From: a virus
Virus record (IMG/VR): IMGVR_UViG_3300033141_004862
Coordinates: 3,842 to 67,841 of that record
Length of the DNA stretch: 64,000 bases
Reading direction: 5' to 3' (one strand)
The notes below the pieces were generated by a model. It had not been told where the DNA came from and ran no database searches. It worked only from the letters and a program-made list of their open reading frames with translations. Below are positions 45,355 to 55,317 of the stretch, piece by piece (the stretch's first letter is position 1; the number at the start of each line of letters is the position of its first letter). A program made the position numbers and the translations under genes.

Positions 45355-48300
45355 ATGAGAAACCTTTTAGAGTCGCTGAACAGCAATACCACGGACGACG
45401 AGCTTATTCAAGATCTCGTCAACGATTTTCGTGTACAGCTCGGGATGGAACCCGAGGACGTGGTCAGAACTCTCATCACCGCAACCGTTCTCACAGGCAA
45501 TCCGAGATACCAAAGCCCGTCGAAGTACATCCAGGAGAAATACGCTTTTGAACCCGTGAATGCCGCCAAGTGGCTGAACGACTACGAGTACTTCGGCCAC
45601 GTGGGAGAGCACACGTGGGAGGTCGTCAAACGAGACTTCCTGAGAGTCATCGAGGCGAACCCCAGGCCGCTGAGGCTCGTTTTGAAAGGGTCGATTGGCT
45701 GGGGGAAATGCGTGGGGGGAGACACAGAGTTTTATGATAATGTTTCGGGGCGCATGATGGCGATAAAGGATGCCGTCGGCAAGCGGTTGGAAGTGGTTTC
45801 TGAGAAAGAAGGAAAACTGGGGTTGTCCTCTGCGGTGGCGACGTATTCGGGAAGAAAGGAATGTATGAGGGTTGAGTTATCGGGCGGATATAAGATAACA
45901 GTCTCAACCGACCATCCTTTCAGGGTTAGAGAGGGGTGGGAAAGAGCGGGAGAGTTACGTGTTGGCGACAGAGTGGCGGTTGTGAGAAAATATGTGGATT
46001 CGGATTTAGCGTGGGAGAGGGTTGAGAGGTTGGAATATGCAGGAGTTAAAGATGTTTATGATTTGTCTGTTCCTGAGACGGGAAGCTGGGTAGGGAACGG
46101 GATAGTATTACATAATACGTTCCTGAGTGCCCTCATCTGTGCAAGGCTCCTCTACGAGATCGGGTGCCTGCGGAACCCTCAAGCCCATTACGGTCTCGCC
46201 CCAGGCACCCACATCTCCTTTATGAATCTTGCCGTCTCCGCCACGCACGCACGCCGCGTTTTCTTCACCACGCTGCGTGACATGATAGACGGCTCCCCGT
46301 GGTTCAACAATCAGTTTAGAAGAAGGGCCGACTTGCTGTCGACACTCTATTGGCCGCAACGCCGCCTCAGCTTTGTGCCCGGCTCATCCTCTGAGCTTGC
46401 GCCGCTCGGTGAAAATCTGTTCGGTGGCGTTATCGAGGAGGCAAACTTCTTCCTCGTTTCGACGACATCCAAGCGCATCCGCTCGCCAGCAGAGCGGGAG
46501 TGGGACCAGGCGAAGAAACTGCATGACAGCATATGGCGGCGAATGAAGTCTCGTTATCAACGCCACGGCAGGGTGCCTGGGATGCTCATCCTCAACTCGT
46601 CGGCGAAGTACCCTGACGACTTTCTCGAGCGAGTGGCCCGGGAGAACGACAAGGATACAATGGTAATCGAGCACGCGGAATGGGAGACAAAACCTGCCCA
46701 TAGGTTCTCGGGCAGAAAGATGTACGTCTTCGTGGGAGACGCCTCCCATCCGCCACGCATCTGCAAGACAAAGAAGGACGTTGAGAAGTGGAAGAGGATA
46801 GGGCGAGTTGTTGCGGTGCCTGTCGAGTACGAGTCGGACTTCAAACGAGATTTGGAGGGGGCAGTAAGGGACGTGATAGGCGAAAACGTGAGGTCGTCTA
46901 ACAGATTCATGACGAACGACGATGCGATCCTCGAGGCGTTTTCTGACAAGACAATTCCGTTGCTTCACGACGACAAGTACGCCGATGGTGTCGAGGCGAC
47001 GGAGTTAACGCGACCGGATTTTCTCAACTGGTGGCGTCTTTTTAACCCTCCAACGGAGAAGGAACGCAAGGCTGGCAAGCGCCTCAGGCCTCCAAGGCTC
47101 AAGCTCCATCACAGAGCGCCGAGGTACGCACACGTGGACCTAGGGACTAGTCAGGACGCGACGGGGGTCTGCGTCGTTCATATCGGCGAAATGAAGGAAG
47201 TACAGCGACGCCACGAAGACGACCGTAGCGTCTACGTCACAAAAGAGATAGTGCCCATAGTGTACGTCGACCTCATCCTCAGAATTCTCCCACCGATGGA
47301 TGGCGAGATTCAGATTGAGGATGTGCGGAACCTCATCTACGATCTGAGGGACAGGGCGAGGTTCAGGTTTCACAAAATCACCTACGACCAGTACCAGAGC
47401 AAGCAGTCGCAACAGACGCTTCAAAAGCGATTCGGGGAGGGAATCGTCGGCCACCTGTCCGTTGATAGGACAGCGGATCAGTACCATCTGCTGAAGGAGG
47501 TCATCTACGAAGGAAGGCTCAAGTGCTACGAGTACAAGCCCGTGATCCGTGAGCTACAGCAGTTGATGTACGATCCAAAAACAGGGAAAGTCGACCATCC
47601 TCCTAACGGGTGCTTCACGGGGGATACGAGAATATCGCTGCTGGATGGGACAGAGCCGATGATAAAAGAGCTGGCCGAAAGAGAATCGTTTTGGGTCTAT
47701 TCGGTCGATGATGACGGGATGATAGTTATTGGAAAGGGGAAGAATGCTCGGGTGACGGGACGAAGGCAAGTCATGGAGTTGGTGCTGGACAACTACAGCG
47801 TCGTGCGGTGTACGCCTGATCATCTCTTCATGACTGCTGATGGTACCTACATAAAGGCGATGGACATTGTACCTAATGAGACTTCTCTCTTTCCCCTTTA
47901 TCGCAGCATCTCTCACAAGGGAGGCTGGTTTGACTACGAGAGAGTTTGGCAGCTGAAGACTCGGGAGAGAAAGCTTGTTCACCACCTTGTAGCAGAGCAA
48001 TTTGGGATAAGAAAGAAGGGCTGTGTGGTTCATCACATTGACGGAAACAAACGGAACAACACACCTGAAAATCTTGATAGCTTGGCGAGACAGGCTCACA
48101 CCTCGATAGAGCCGAAGCGACGGTGGGCCATAGATGGTCACTATGCAGACAGAACGTCGAGACAGCAGAATCACCGTATCATAGCAAAACGGTATATGGG
48201 GGTGGAGGAGGTTTGGGATATTGAAGTTGAAAAGTATCACAATTTTGCCCTCAACGCAGGTGTTTTTGTGCACAACTCGAAAGACGTAGCCGACGCCCTC

Positions 48301-48528
48301 GCCGGGGCAGTATGGAACGCCATAACGAACCAGGAGGAGTCTCTCGTTGACGAGGTAACCGAGGGAATCGTCGTGGAACCCATGACAGATGAGGAAAGGC
48401 TCGCTAGAGAGTCGGAGAGGTGGCTCCTCGGCCTGCCCCCCACTAAAGAGGACGAGGAAGATGCAGAGTTTTGGGACGATGAAACGCTTGGAGCCGAAAT
48501 GGAGGATGACGATGAGTTTGAAGAATAG
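45355..48528 (+). CDS. terL: Terminase large subunit with two inteins
   Basis: Walker A GSIGWGK/T, Walker B IEEA, RNase H-like HVDLG..QD.TG, YDQYQS, K.DHP..G/SKDVADA.AG. Confidence 0.9.
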   Translation: MRNLLESLNSNTTDDELIQDLVNDFRVQLGMEPEDVVRTLITATVLTGNPRYQSPSKYIQEKYAFEPVNAAKWLNDYEYFGHVGEHTWEVVKRDFLRVIEANPRPLRLVLKGSIGWGKCVGGDTEFYDNVSGRMMAIKDAVGKRLEVVSEKEGKLGLSSAVATYSGRKECMRVELSGGYKITVSTDHPFRVREGWERAGELRVGDRVAVVRKYVDSDLAWERVERLEYAGVKDVYDLSVPETGSWVGNGIVLHNTFLSALICARLLYEIGCLRNPQAHYGLAPGTHISFMNLAVSATHARRVFFTTLRDMIDGSPWFNNQFRRRADLLSTLYWPQRRLSFVPGSSSELAPLGENLFGGVIEEANFFLVSTTSKRIRSPAEREWDQAKKLHDSIWRRMKSRYQRHGRVPGMLILNSSAKYPDDFLERVARENDKDTMVIEHAEWETKPAHRFSGRKMYVFVGDASHPPRICKTKKDVEKWKRIGRVVAVPVEYESDFKRDLEGAVRDVIGENVRSSNRFMTNDDAILEAFSDKTIPLLHDDKYADGVEATELTRPDFLNWWRLFNPPTEKERKAGKRLRPPRLKLHHRAPRYAHVDLGTSQDATGVCVVHIGEMKEVQRRHEDDRSVYVTKEIVPIVYVDLILRILPPMDGEIQIEDVRNLIYDLRDRARFRFHKITYDQYQSKQSQQTLQKRFGEGIVGHLSVDRTADQYHLLKEVIYEGRLKCYEYKPVIRELQQLMYDPKTGKVDHPPNGCFTGDTRISLLDGTEPMIKELAERESFWVYSVDDDGMIVIGKGKNARVTGRRQVMELVLDNYSVVRCTPDHLFMTADGTYIKAMDIVPNETSLFPLYRSISHKGGWFDYERVWQLKTRERKLVHHLVAEQFGIRKKGCVVHHIDGNKRNNTPENLDSLARQAHTSIEPKRRWAIDGHYADRTSRQQNHRIIAKRYMGVEEVWDIEVEKYHNFALNAGVFVHNSKDVADALAGAVWNAITNQEESLVDEVTEGIVVEPMTDEERLARESERWLLGLPPTKEDEEDAEFWDDETLGAEMEDDDEFEE
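45709..46116 (+). mobile_element. Mini-intein in TerL Walker A
   Basis: CVGGDT...STDHPF...VYDLSV...GIVLHN/T; 136 aa. Confidence 0.9.
47611..48276 (+). mobile_element. Intein with HNH endonuclease in TerL nuclease domain
   Basis: CFTGDT...TPDH...HHIDGNKRNN.PENL...VFVHN/S. Confidence 0.9.
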
Positions 48529-48537
48529 GAGGTTAAG

Positions 48538-48786
48538 GTGAGTAAGTACAAGGACCTTCCTAGCGTCATTAAAAAGGCGCAGGAAGCGTTTCGAAAGAAG
48601 GGTGTCATCTACTCAGGTGAGGGTTTGAGCCGACGGGAGCTGCGGATGTTATGGCGAAAAAAGCTCGTTATCAGACTACGCTCCTTGTCGACCAGTAAAT
48701 TCATCTACGCCTGGAAGGCAACGGAGAGGCTATGGAAACAGCATGGGTCAGAATCCAACTCAACGATGACGGAACCTTCTCGCTGA
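48538..48786 (+). CDS. Small basic hypothetical protein
   Basis: AGGAGG RBS with GTG start. Confidence 0.5.
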   Translation: MSKYKDLPSVIKKAQEAFRKKGVIYSGEGLSRRELRMLWRKKLVIRLRSLSTSKFIYAWKATERLWKQHGSESNSTMTEPSR

Positions 48787-48929
48787 CTCTTGGTGGGAAG
48801 GGGCGGACGCGGACTGCAACGGCACGCTCCCTCAAGGAGTCGCTCTCAGTAGCAAAGGCTCATCTCGAAACGCGCGACTTCAGAGAGATTGCGCCGTCGG
48901 CAGGTGGGAGAATGAAGGAGGGGGAATGA

Positions 48930-49169
48930 ATGGGGGAGGATGGTTCTGGTACTTCCGAGAAAGGAGAAGAAATGAGGAGTGAGGTGTCGTTTCGAGAAGT
49001 CGTGACCAGCACAATTGCGGCTGGGTTGGTGATAGCTATCACCGTGGTTTTTGTCGGAGCACTTCTGAAGGTTGCGACAATGGTAGCGGCGCGAATGCCG
49101 CTTTGGGCCGCCTACATGGCGCTCGGTCTTGGCGCCCTGCTGTTGGGATACCTAGTGTGGGAGAAGTGA
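48930..49169 (+). CDS. Two-TM small membrane protein
   Basis: Two hydrophobic helices. Confidence 0.55.
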   Translation: MGEDGSGTSEKGEEMRSEVSFREVVTSTIAAGLVIAITVVFVGALLKVATMVAARMPLWAAYMALGLGALLLGYLVWEK

Positions 49170-49234
49170 GGCGGAATGGTGTGGGTGAAGCGAACTTCAG
49201 AGAGGTTCGGATTCCTTTCGGAGGAGAATCATCC

Positions 49235-49432
49235 ATGGCAAAACTCAACACGATGCCTCATAGATTGAGTGAGGAAGACAGAGCCGCCCTGGGAAGGGAG
49301 TGTCTTCGATTGAAAGAGCAATACGGACTCAATTGGGCGCAGATAGCTCGTCGCAAGGGAGTCTCGTATAACACGGTTCGTCGGTGGGTGGAGGTCGCCG
49401 AGGCCTCCTTGCCAAGACATGCGGGGAATTGA
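49235..49432 (+). CDS. HTH DNA-binding protein
   Basis: LNWAQIARRKGVSYNTVRRWV. Confidence 0.75.
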   Translation: MAKLNTMPHRLSEEDRAALGRECLRLKEQYGLNWAQIARRKGVSYNTVRRWVEVAEASLPRHAGN

Positions 49433-49641
49433 TGGCGAGAATACACCAGATGACGGACAAAGAACATGAGTGGTACGCACGACGCTCCGAGGAGTTGCTT
49501 CAAAAGTTTCCGGAGCTACGAATTTCAGACGTTGCGAAACGGTTTGGAATGAGTACGGAGCGGCTGCGCACCATCAGGCGAAAGTTTGGCCTGAGCTGGA
49601 GGGACAGAGATGTACGTAGCAAGGGTGACGGCAGCCTTTGA
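49432..49641 (+). CDS. HTH DNA-binding protein
   Basis: LRISDVAKRFGMSTERLRTIRRKFG. Confidence 0.7.
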   Translation: MARIHQMTDKEHEWYARRSEELLQKFPELRISDVAKRFGMSTERLRTIRRKFGLSWRDRDVRSKGDGSL

Positions 49642-50002
49642 CTCGGCCCATTTTTGCCGGGGCATCAAGGGAGCCGAGGCCCAGCTCCACGGGCATACGT
49701 GGCACGTCGAAGTGACATTTACGAGGGACGATGTTGACGAACTGGGCATGATCGCCCATCCGCGCGATCTGCAACGGGCCATCGTGCGGATAATTGCACC
49801 GTTTGAGCACGACACCATCAACAAGTACGAGCCGTTCGATGAGGTCAGCCCAACTCCATGGACGGTCGCTCGATACATTTTCGAAGGCGTCGAGGAGACT
49901 CTGAAGCAGGGAGCGCCGGATGGCCTGGAAGTCCGTGCGGTGAAGGTGAGTGCAGGTGGGGACGAGGCGGTTTATGTTCCTGACCAAGATGATATGAACT
50001 GA
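49610..50002 (+). CDS. queD: QueD/6-pyruvoyl-tetrahydropterin synthase-like T-fold protein
   Basis: FDSAH...LHGHTWHVEV...G.I...H..IN...PT...ARYIF. Confidence 0.8.
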   Translation: MYVARVTAAFDSAHFCRGIKGAEAQLHGHTWHVEVTFTRDDVDELGMIAHPRDLQRAIVRIIAPFEHDTINKYEPFDEVSPTPWTVARYIFEGVEETLKQGAPDGLEVRAVKVSAGGDEAVYVPDQDDMN

Positions 50003-50046
50003 GAACGGCCCTTCGAGTCTTTGGGATTTGGGCGCGGAAAAAGTCG

Positions 50047-50060
50047 TTGACAATGGAAAT
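50047..50060 (+). promoter_or_regulatory. Late-region motif TTGACAATGGAAAT upstream of portal
   Basis: Identical 14-mer at 57253-57266. Confidence 0.6.
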
Positions 50061-50130
50061 TGTAGCTAGTAGGCTTTGTTGAGAGGGCTTGCTTCGGGTG
50101 CAGGTGTGGACTCTCGTTTAGGAGGAATTG

Positions 50131-51744
50131 ATGGAGAACGTGACTCAGAAGCTAAGCCTGATCCAGAAGGTCACGCGCCTTTTCAAAAAGGTCACGCCTG
50201 AGCATCTGAGAAGTCTCATCACGACCGAGCGGGAAACATATCGCTGGGAGGACGCAAAACTTTTCGATCCGCGTCCCGATAGACTCTCCAAATACGACGA
50301 CTACGACTCCATGGACAATGACATTGTGGAGATCTCTTCTGCCCTCGACCTCCACGCAGACTTCATCACGTCAGTTGGAGACGAGGTTTATGACATCGAG
50401 TTTGGCGAGGAGAGGCGCGAACGCGAAGCTGAGATCGTTGAGGAGCTGGAGAACCGGCTCGAGCTGAAGCCCCGTACATGGTTCATTGCGCGGAACATCA
50501 TCAAGTACGGAGACGCCTTCTACGAGGTGGTCGCCGCGCCGATGATGATTGTCAAGCTGAAGTTCCTGCCGCAGGACGAGATCTTCCTGAATTACACCAA
50601 GGAAGGAAGAATCGACAATGACATCCCGTGGGTTCAGCGAGACAGGGAGATGATGCAGATAGTCGCAGAGTTCGCCCCCTGGGAAATCGTGCATTTCAAG
50701 GTCGGCGAGGAAGATTACGGCGTCAACTATTCGCTGTTAGCCAAGATGCGCAGGACGTTTCGAATCTTGCGGATGCTGGAGGACACTCTAATCGTCACCA
50801 GGGTAACAAGGGCGAATCAACGGGGCGTTCACAAGGTTGATGTCACGGGCATGGGGGAACTGGAAGCGGCACGGTTCATACGTCGTTTGAAAATCATCAA
50901 TCGTCGCAAAAAGTATTTCGACTCGTCTGGTAAACTCAAGACGGAACTCGATCCGCTCAACCAGCAGGAGGACATCTTCATACCGGTACGGAAAGGAGGC
51001 GCAAACTCCGACTACACGGTCGTTGGTGGCGAGCGTCACCTGGGGAAAATCGAGGATGTGGAACATTTCCACAACAAGCTCTTCGCTGGTACGAAGGTGC
51101 CGAAAGCGTATCTTGGGTTTGAGCGGGATGTCAATGCAAAGGCGACGTTGATGCAGCAGAACGTCGCCTTTACCCGGGCCGTCAAGCGCAGTCGTCAAGC
51201 CCTGTCGCGGGGATTGAAGAAAATCTACAAGACGGAGTTTCTCCTCCGGGGCGTCGATCCCAACTCGTTCTCGTGGAAGATAAAGTTTCCCGCACTCGGC
51301 GAGGCGGACGAGGAGGCACGGTGGCAAATTGAAAAGCTCAAGGCTGAGTGTGTCAAGATCTACGGCGAGGTTGGCATGTTACTCCCGGTGGAGTGGATCG
51401 TCAAGAAGCTGTTTATGAATCTGTCTGCGCAGGAGGCCGAGACCTTACTTGACATGATGGGAGCGGAGGACCAGCCCACGACGAAGCCAGCTCCGAAGGC
51501 CACCCCCGCCCCGAAGCCCCAACCTACTGGCGGAGAGCCGGAGCCGAAGAAGCCCGACGTTGACCCGCAGAAATCGAGAGGTAGAGGAAGGGAAGGTGGA
51601 GAGGTTCGAGGTGCGCTCACCGATTCGGAACTCGATGACGTTTTGAGGCGGATCGAGGCAGACGACCACCTTCAAAATCTCATTCGAGAGGGCGAAAAAG
51701 CGATAAAGGCCAGGTTGCAAGGTAGGCGATACGAGTATTACTAA
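50131..51744 (+). CDS. Portal protein, T4 gp20-like
   Basis: Y..MD...EISSALD..AD, R...KYGD.FY, L..LED.L...R.TRA..R..K.DV, EDIFIP.R, L..IEDV..F..KL.....VPK. Confidence 0.88.
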   Translation: MENVTQKLSLIQKVTRLFKKVTPEHLRSLITTERETYRWEDAKLFDPRPDRLSKYDDYDSMDNDIVEISSALDLHADFITSVGDEVYDIEFGEERREREAEIVEELENRLELKPRTWFIARNIIKYGDAFYEVVAAPMMIVKLKFLPQDEIFLNYTKEGRIDNDIPWVQRDREMMQIVAEFAPWEIVHFKVGEEDYGVNYSLLAKMRRTFRILRMLEDTLIVTRVTRANQRGVHKVDVTGMGELEAARFIRRLKIINRRKKYFDSSGKLKTELDPLNQQEDIFIPVRKGGANSDYTVVGGERHLGKIEDVEHFHNKLFAGTKVPKAYLGFERDVNAKATLMQQNVAFTRAVKRSRQALSRGLKKIYKTEFLLRGVDPNSFSWKIKFPALGEADEEARWQIEKLKAECVKIYGEVGMLLPVEWIVKKLFMNLSAQEAETLLDMMGAEDQPTTKPAPKATPAPKPQPTGGEPEPKKPDVDPQKSRGRGREGGEVRGALTDSELDDVLRRIEADDHLQNLIREGEKAIKARLQGRRYEYY

Positions 51745-51757
51745 AGGGAGGCGCGTT

Positions 51758-51979
51758 TTGAGCAAGATCAGAAAGAAGATCGCATCTGCTGGAGGACGCC
51801 GTTATCTCGCAACCGCAATCTGGGCCGTGTTGGTGAATACGGTGTTCTACATCACTCTGTTCCAAGGCAAGGATTTGTCGTGGTGGGCCGAATACGTGAA
51901 GTGGCACACCTACGCTCTCGGTTTCGTCACAGGTGCACTGACAGTCACAGATGTCGTTTTGAAGAAGAAGGAGAGTTAA
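51758..51979 (+). CDS. Holin-like two-TM protein
   Basis: Two TM helices with basic ends. Confidence 0.5.
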   Translation: MSKIRKKIASAGGRRYLATAIWAVLVNTVFYITLFQGKDLSWWAEYVKWHTYALGFVTGALTVTDVVLKKKES

Positions 51980-51980
51980 G

Positions 51981-52406
51981 GTGCCGATATCCAAGGAGCT
52001 ATCGTACATCATGGCTGGAGGGATCGGATTCCTTTTGCTCAAGGAGGCGATCGCATTCATCAGATGGGCCGTGGAGAAGTTGGGAACAAAAAACAATCCG
52101 GGGCCTTCGCCCGTTCCCAGAGGCATGTCGGAGAGGGAGATGCTGTCATCGATTCTTGCGAAGCTTGATAAGGTGGACAGGTGCGTGGGACAGCTAAAGG
52201 TGGAGTTTGCGGCGCATAAGACCACACTCTCCTTTTTGTCTGAACAGGCGAAGAACAACTCCTTGGGCATTCGAGATACGGCGAACAGGCTGAGCGAGAT
52301 TGGAAAGGAATGCGCTACAAGATTAGCCACTTGCTCGGCTAGGTTCGACAGCATGGAGAGGGAGGTACGTAAAACGAGGCGAAGGAAATCGAAGGCGGAG
52401 ACGTAG
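51981..52406 (+). CDS. Membrane-anchored coiled-coil protein
   Basis: N-terminal TM helix followed by a coiled coil. Confidence 0.55.
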   Translation: MPISKELSYIMAGGIGFLLLKEAIAFIRWAVEKLGTKNNPGPSPVPRGMSEREMLSSILAKLDKVDRCVGQLKVEFAAHKTTLSFLSEQAKNNSLGIRDTANRLSEIGKECATRLATCSARFDSMEREVRKTRRRKSKAET

Positions 52407-52422
52407 GAGTGGACATTGGCAA

Positions 52423-52506
52423 TCATAACCTGGTGGAAAATCATGGTCGTAACCTACGCTATTTTAGAAGTTATGAATCCAAAAAATTTCATTCATAACC
52501 TGGTGG
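52423..52506. repeat. ~90-bp dispersed intergenic element, copy 1
   Basis: TCATAACCTGGTGGAAAATCATGGTCGTAACCTACG...AGAAGTTATGAATCCAAAAAATTTCATTCATAACCTGG. Confidence 0.9.
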
Positions 52507-52641
52507 TCGTTGACGACACATATCGATCGTTGCGTATAAGCAGGGTGTTCAGGAATCGATTTGCCGGATTCAGAAAGGAACAGAGGAAAATACTCGACCA
52601 CCTTCACTGGCATATTATCCTGAGGTCGTGAACGGAGGTAA

Positions 52642-52932
52642 TTGATGGCTAACTTAAAGGCGACTGACTTTGAGGAGCAGGGAACGATGACGTATACGGG
52701 CGGCTGGACCTGTCCGTACTGTGCGCAGTGGGTGCCTGCGGGTACGTTGCACGATTGTCATTGGTTTCCACCGACGACCACGTGGCTATATGAGGGGTCT
52801 AGTTCGGAAAGTGCCGCGCCGAAGGCGCTTCGCCTGCTTATGCGTCTCTTTGAGGAAGGAATTATCCCCTTTCCTGAGTCTTTTGAGGAGTTCAAACGGA
52901 TTCTGGAAATCCTAGAGTCGGAGATGACTTGA
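52642..52932 (+). CDS. Hypothetical Zn-finger protein
   Basis: WTCPYC...HDC. Confidence 0.55.
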   Translation: MMANLKATDFEEQGTMTYTGGWTCPYCAQWVPAGTLHDCHWFPPTTTWLYEGSSSESAAPKALRLLMRLFEEGIIPFPESFEEFKRILEILESEMT

Positions 52933-53144
52933 TGCCTAAAGATACGGAAATACAGAAGTCGCTCGTCAACTTAAAGAGGAAGTATGAGGTGGTGGAGGAG
53001 AGGATTGCAAGGATTCAAGAACGTTACGATCGCATAGTCGCGCATATGAAGAATCTCCATGCGCAGAAACGCAATCTTGAGAATGCCATTGAAGCACTCG
53101 AGAAAACGCTTTGCGAACAGGACAAGGAGCGCGACGTTGAGTGA
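52929..53144 (+). CDS. Small coiled-coil protein
   Basis: Heptad pattern. Confidence 0.55.
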   Translation: MMPKDTEIQKSLVNLKRKYEVVEERIARIQERYDRIVAHMKNLHAQKRNLENAIEALEKTLCEQDKERDVE

Positions 53145-53164
53145 CGGTTGGCGGGAAGGAGGCC

Positions 53165-53260
53165 GAAATTTTTCACTCATAACCTGGCGGAAAATCATGG
53201 CCGTAACCTACGTTATGTTAGAAGTTATGAATCCAAAAATTTCACTCATAACCTGACGGG
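53165..53260. repeat. ~90-bp dispersed intergenic element, copy 2
   Basis: Near-identical to copies 1 and 3. Confidence 0.9.
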
Positions 53261-53293
53261 TGATGGTGAGAAAATTCAAGATCGGAGGAAAGA

Positions 53294-54280
53294 ATGGGAA
53301 TGGAGCAAAAAGTTAGATGCGAATGTATCAAATGCGGGTGGCAGGTGAGCGTTGAAGGACACTGTGCTGATATCAAGTGCGATAAATGCGGAGGGACGAT
53401 GAGGAGAGTTGAGAGGCCCGGACCTGGGCGGGAGCAGCGACAACGGGTAACCTCGGTGGGCGGTATTCCCGTCTCTTACAAACCTTGGGGAAAGGTCATC
53501 AAGAGCAGGCTCCCCGCCGCTTGCTTTCTGGTGGTTGGCGATCCGCAGAAGAAGACAACATGGAAGTTGCCGTACCGCGAGGGAGCTGGAGGCATCGATC
53601 CCAAAACGAAAATGTACCGGAAGGCCGGACCGATAAACTACCACGGCGTAAGGGCTGCCATCGCTGCGATCGCAGGGGCGAGGACAGGCAAGCCGATGAG
53701 GATACCCGCTGCGGCGAGGAAGAAGATTGACAGAATTGCGAAGGCCCTGGGCTTGGGAGAGGAATTCATCGAGGAGATGACGCCCTATGAATTCTTGTAC
53801 GAGGTTGGATGGGAAAACCCTGGGGATTTCTTCGAGCCAGGAATCGACCCAGGCTCGAAAACTGCGAAGTACTATCGCGTGCGACAGAGACCTCCAGGGC
53901 AGTTCTCCAGATTCAGGATGAAGCCTTTCGGAAAGCCAGGCTCTGGCATCATGGTCGTCTACGGATTTCACAAGAAGCAGAAGAAGATGCTGGTTCAGTC
54001 TATTCTCTTCGACAAGCGGAAGTGGACGCCCGACAAAATTCGAGCCTGGATCAAAAAGCACGGATTCAGGGTGATGGGCGAGGTCAAAACGTTGGCTCAG
54101 GTGTCGTCTGCGATTCGTAAGCTCTTCAATTACCGTGTGTCTTTGATAGAGGAATGGCGAAACTACTATCTCAAGGCGTTGGAACTCGACAAGCCTGATC
54201 CAACAGTCTGGGCGTGGTTTCAATTCGAGAAACGATGGATGAAGCTGTCAACGGGACGCTGGGTGCGGCGCCTGGGCTAA
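53294..54280 (+). CDS. Multi-domain head-region protein (Zn ribbon + basic domains)
   Basis: CIKC..C..KCDKC N-terminus; LP..CF...WKLPY...GVRAA; YYRVRQR...QSILFDK..WT...I.AWIK.H. Confidence 0.7.
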   Translation: MGMEQKVRCECIKCGWQVSVEGHCADIKCDKCGGTMRRVERPGPGREQRQRVTSVGGIPVSYKPWGKVIKSRLPAACFLVVGDPQKKTTWKLPYREGAGGIDPKTKMYRKAGPINYHGVRAAIAAIAGARTGKPMRIPAAARKKIDRIAKALGLGEEFIEEMTPYEFLYEVGWENPGDFFEPGIDPGSKTAKYYRVRQRPPGQFSRFRMKPFGKPGSGIMVVYGFHKKQKKMLVQSILFDKRKWTPDKIRAWIKKHGFRVMGEVKTLAQVSSAIRKLFNYRVSLIEEWRNYYLKALELDKPDPTVWAWFQFEKRWMKLSTGRWVRRLG

Positions 54281-55317
54281 GCACCCTCGACCTACTAGTC
54301 CTCAACGAGTCGGCGAAGTCTATCACGACGAAGGTTAAAGATCTCGACCCAGAACGTGACATATTCACAACGGCTCATGGTAGCGTCGGTGGGTTCGACT
54401 TGGGGGCACACCGTTCCTCGATAGCTCAGTACAGCTCCCTACGGCGGCGATTTGACAGGGAGTTGAAGGGGATCCTTGCCGACTTCCAGGCAGGAAAGAT
54501 AGACCACCGTCAGGCGCTCCTCAAATTCCGCAACACCGCGACAACTACCTACAGGTCGGCGTTCAGACTCGGAGCCATGCGTGCGGGCAACCCTTACTAT
54601 AAAGACATCGGACTCACAGCAGTCGATGCCAAATTTGCTGTGGCGGCAAGGCGGGCCGAGGAGAGGTTTTTCAATAGGTTCCTTACCCAGACTGCCAGGG
54701 GCACGAGCCGTCTCGACCCAATGACCAGGGTCAGTAACTACGCAAAGTCCCTCGACGCCCAGTTCTGGAATGGCTACGTTGCAGGCTCGCCCGAGACTGT
54801 GCAAATCCATTGGGAGCTGGGCTTGCCTTCAGGTGACCATTGCGGAGATTGCGAGGAAATCGCAGCCCACTCCCCTTACAACAGAAACACCCTGCCCACC
54901 GTTCCGAGGGCCGGAGACACCCAATGTCTGCACCAGTGTTACTGCCAGCTTGTAACATATGTGCCGGGGACGGGACAGGTGGGCAGGAGAATCTCTCGCA
55001 CGGGCCTCGAGAAGTCGACGGTGATAGTGCGAACCGTTGACGGCCTGGAGGTTGACCAGGCGATTGCAAACCTCTTTGACGACTTGTACGACCAGCTCTA
55101 TGTGTTGCGTGCGAAGATTGCTCTTACGAGGGGAGCCGAACAAGCGAAATTCATCGCTCAACGTCGTGTGCTCAATGCCGAGATTATCAAGCTGGCTAAG
55201 GCGTACAACGTGAGGGTCGTGCCGCGATTCTCTGTTGAGGACGTTATCAAGATAGCAGAATCTTTGAAATCGAAAGGCTACGACATCGTTAAAGGAGTTT
55301 GGTTGTGCCCATCATAA
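54235..55317 (+). CDS. Head morphogenesis protein, MuF/SPP1 gp7-like
   Basis: W.LG...HC.DC...A...PY...P.AG.TQC...C.C.L motif; head-module position. Confidence 0.7.
   Translation: MDEAVNGTLGAAPGLSTLDLLVLNESAKSITTKVKDLDPERDIFTTAHGSVGGFDLGAHRSSIAQYSSLRRRFDRELKGILADFQAGKIDHRQALLKFRNTATTTYRSAFRLGAMRAGNPYYKDIGLTAVDAKFAVAARRAEERFFNRFLTQTARGTSRLDPMTRVSNYAKSLDAQFWNGYVAGSPETVQIHWELGLPSGDHCGDCEEIAAHSPYNRNTLPTVPRAGDTQCLHQCYCQLVTYVPGTGQVGRRISRTGLEKSTVIVRTVDGLEVDQAIANLFDDLYDQLYVLRAKIALTRGAEQAKFIAQRRVLNAEIIKLAKAYNVRVVPRFSVEDVIKIAESLKSKGYDIVKGVWLCPS

Noticed and set aside
49610-50002. Complete 7-deazaguanine DNA modification pathway
   Set aside because: Only a divergent QueD-like gene is present. The radical SAM at 44050 is B12-type and too long for QueE, and no DpdA, QueC or FolE is in the window.
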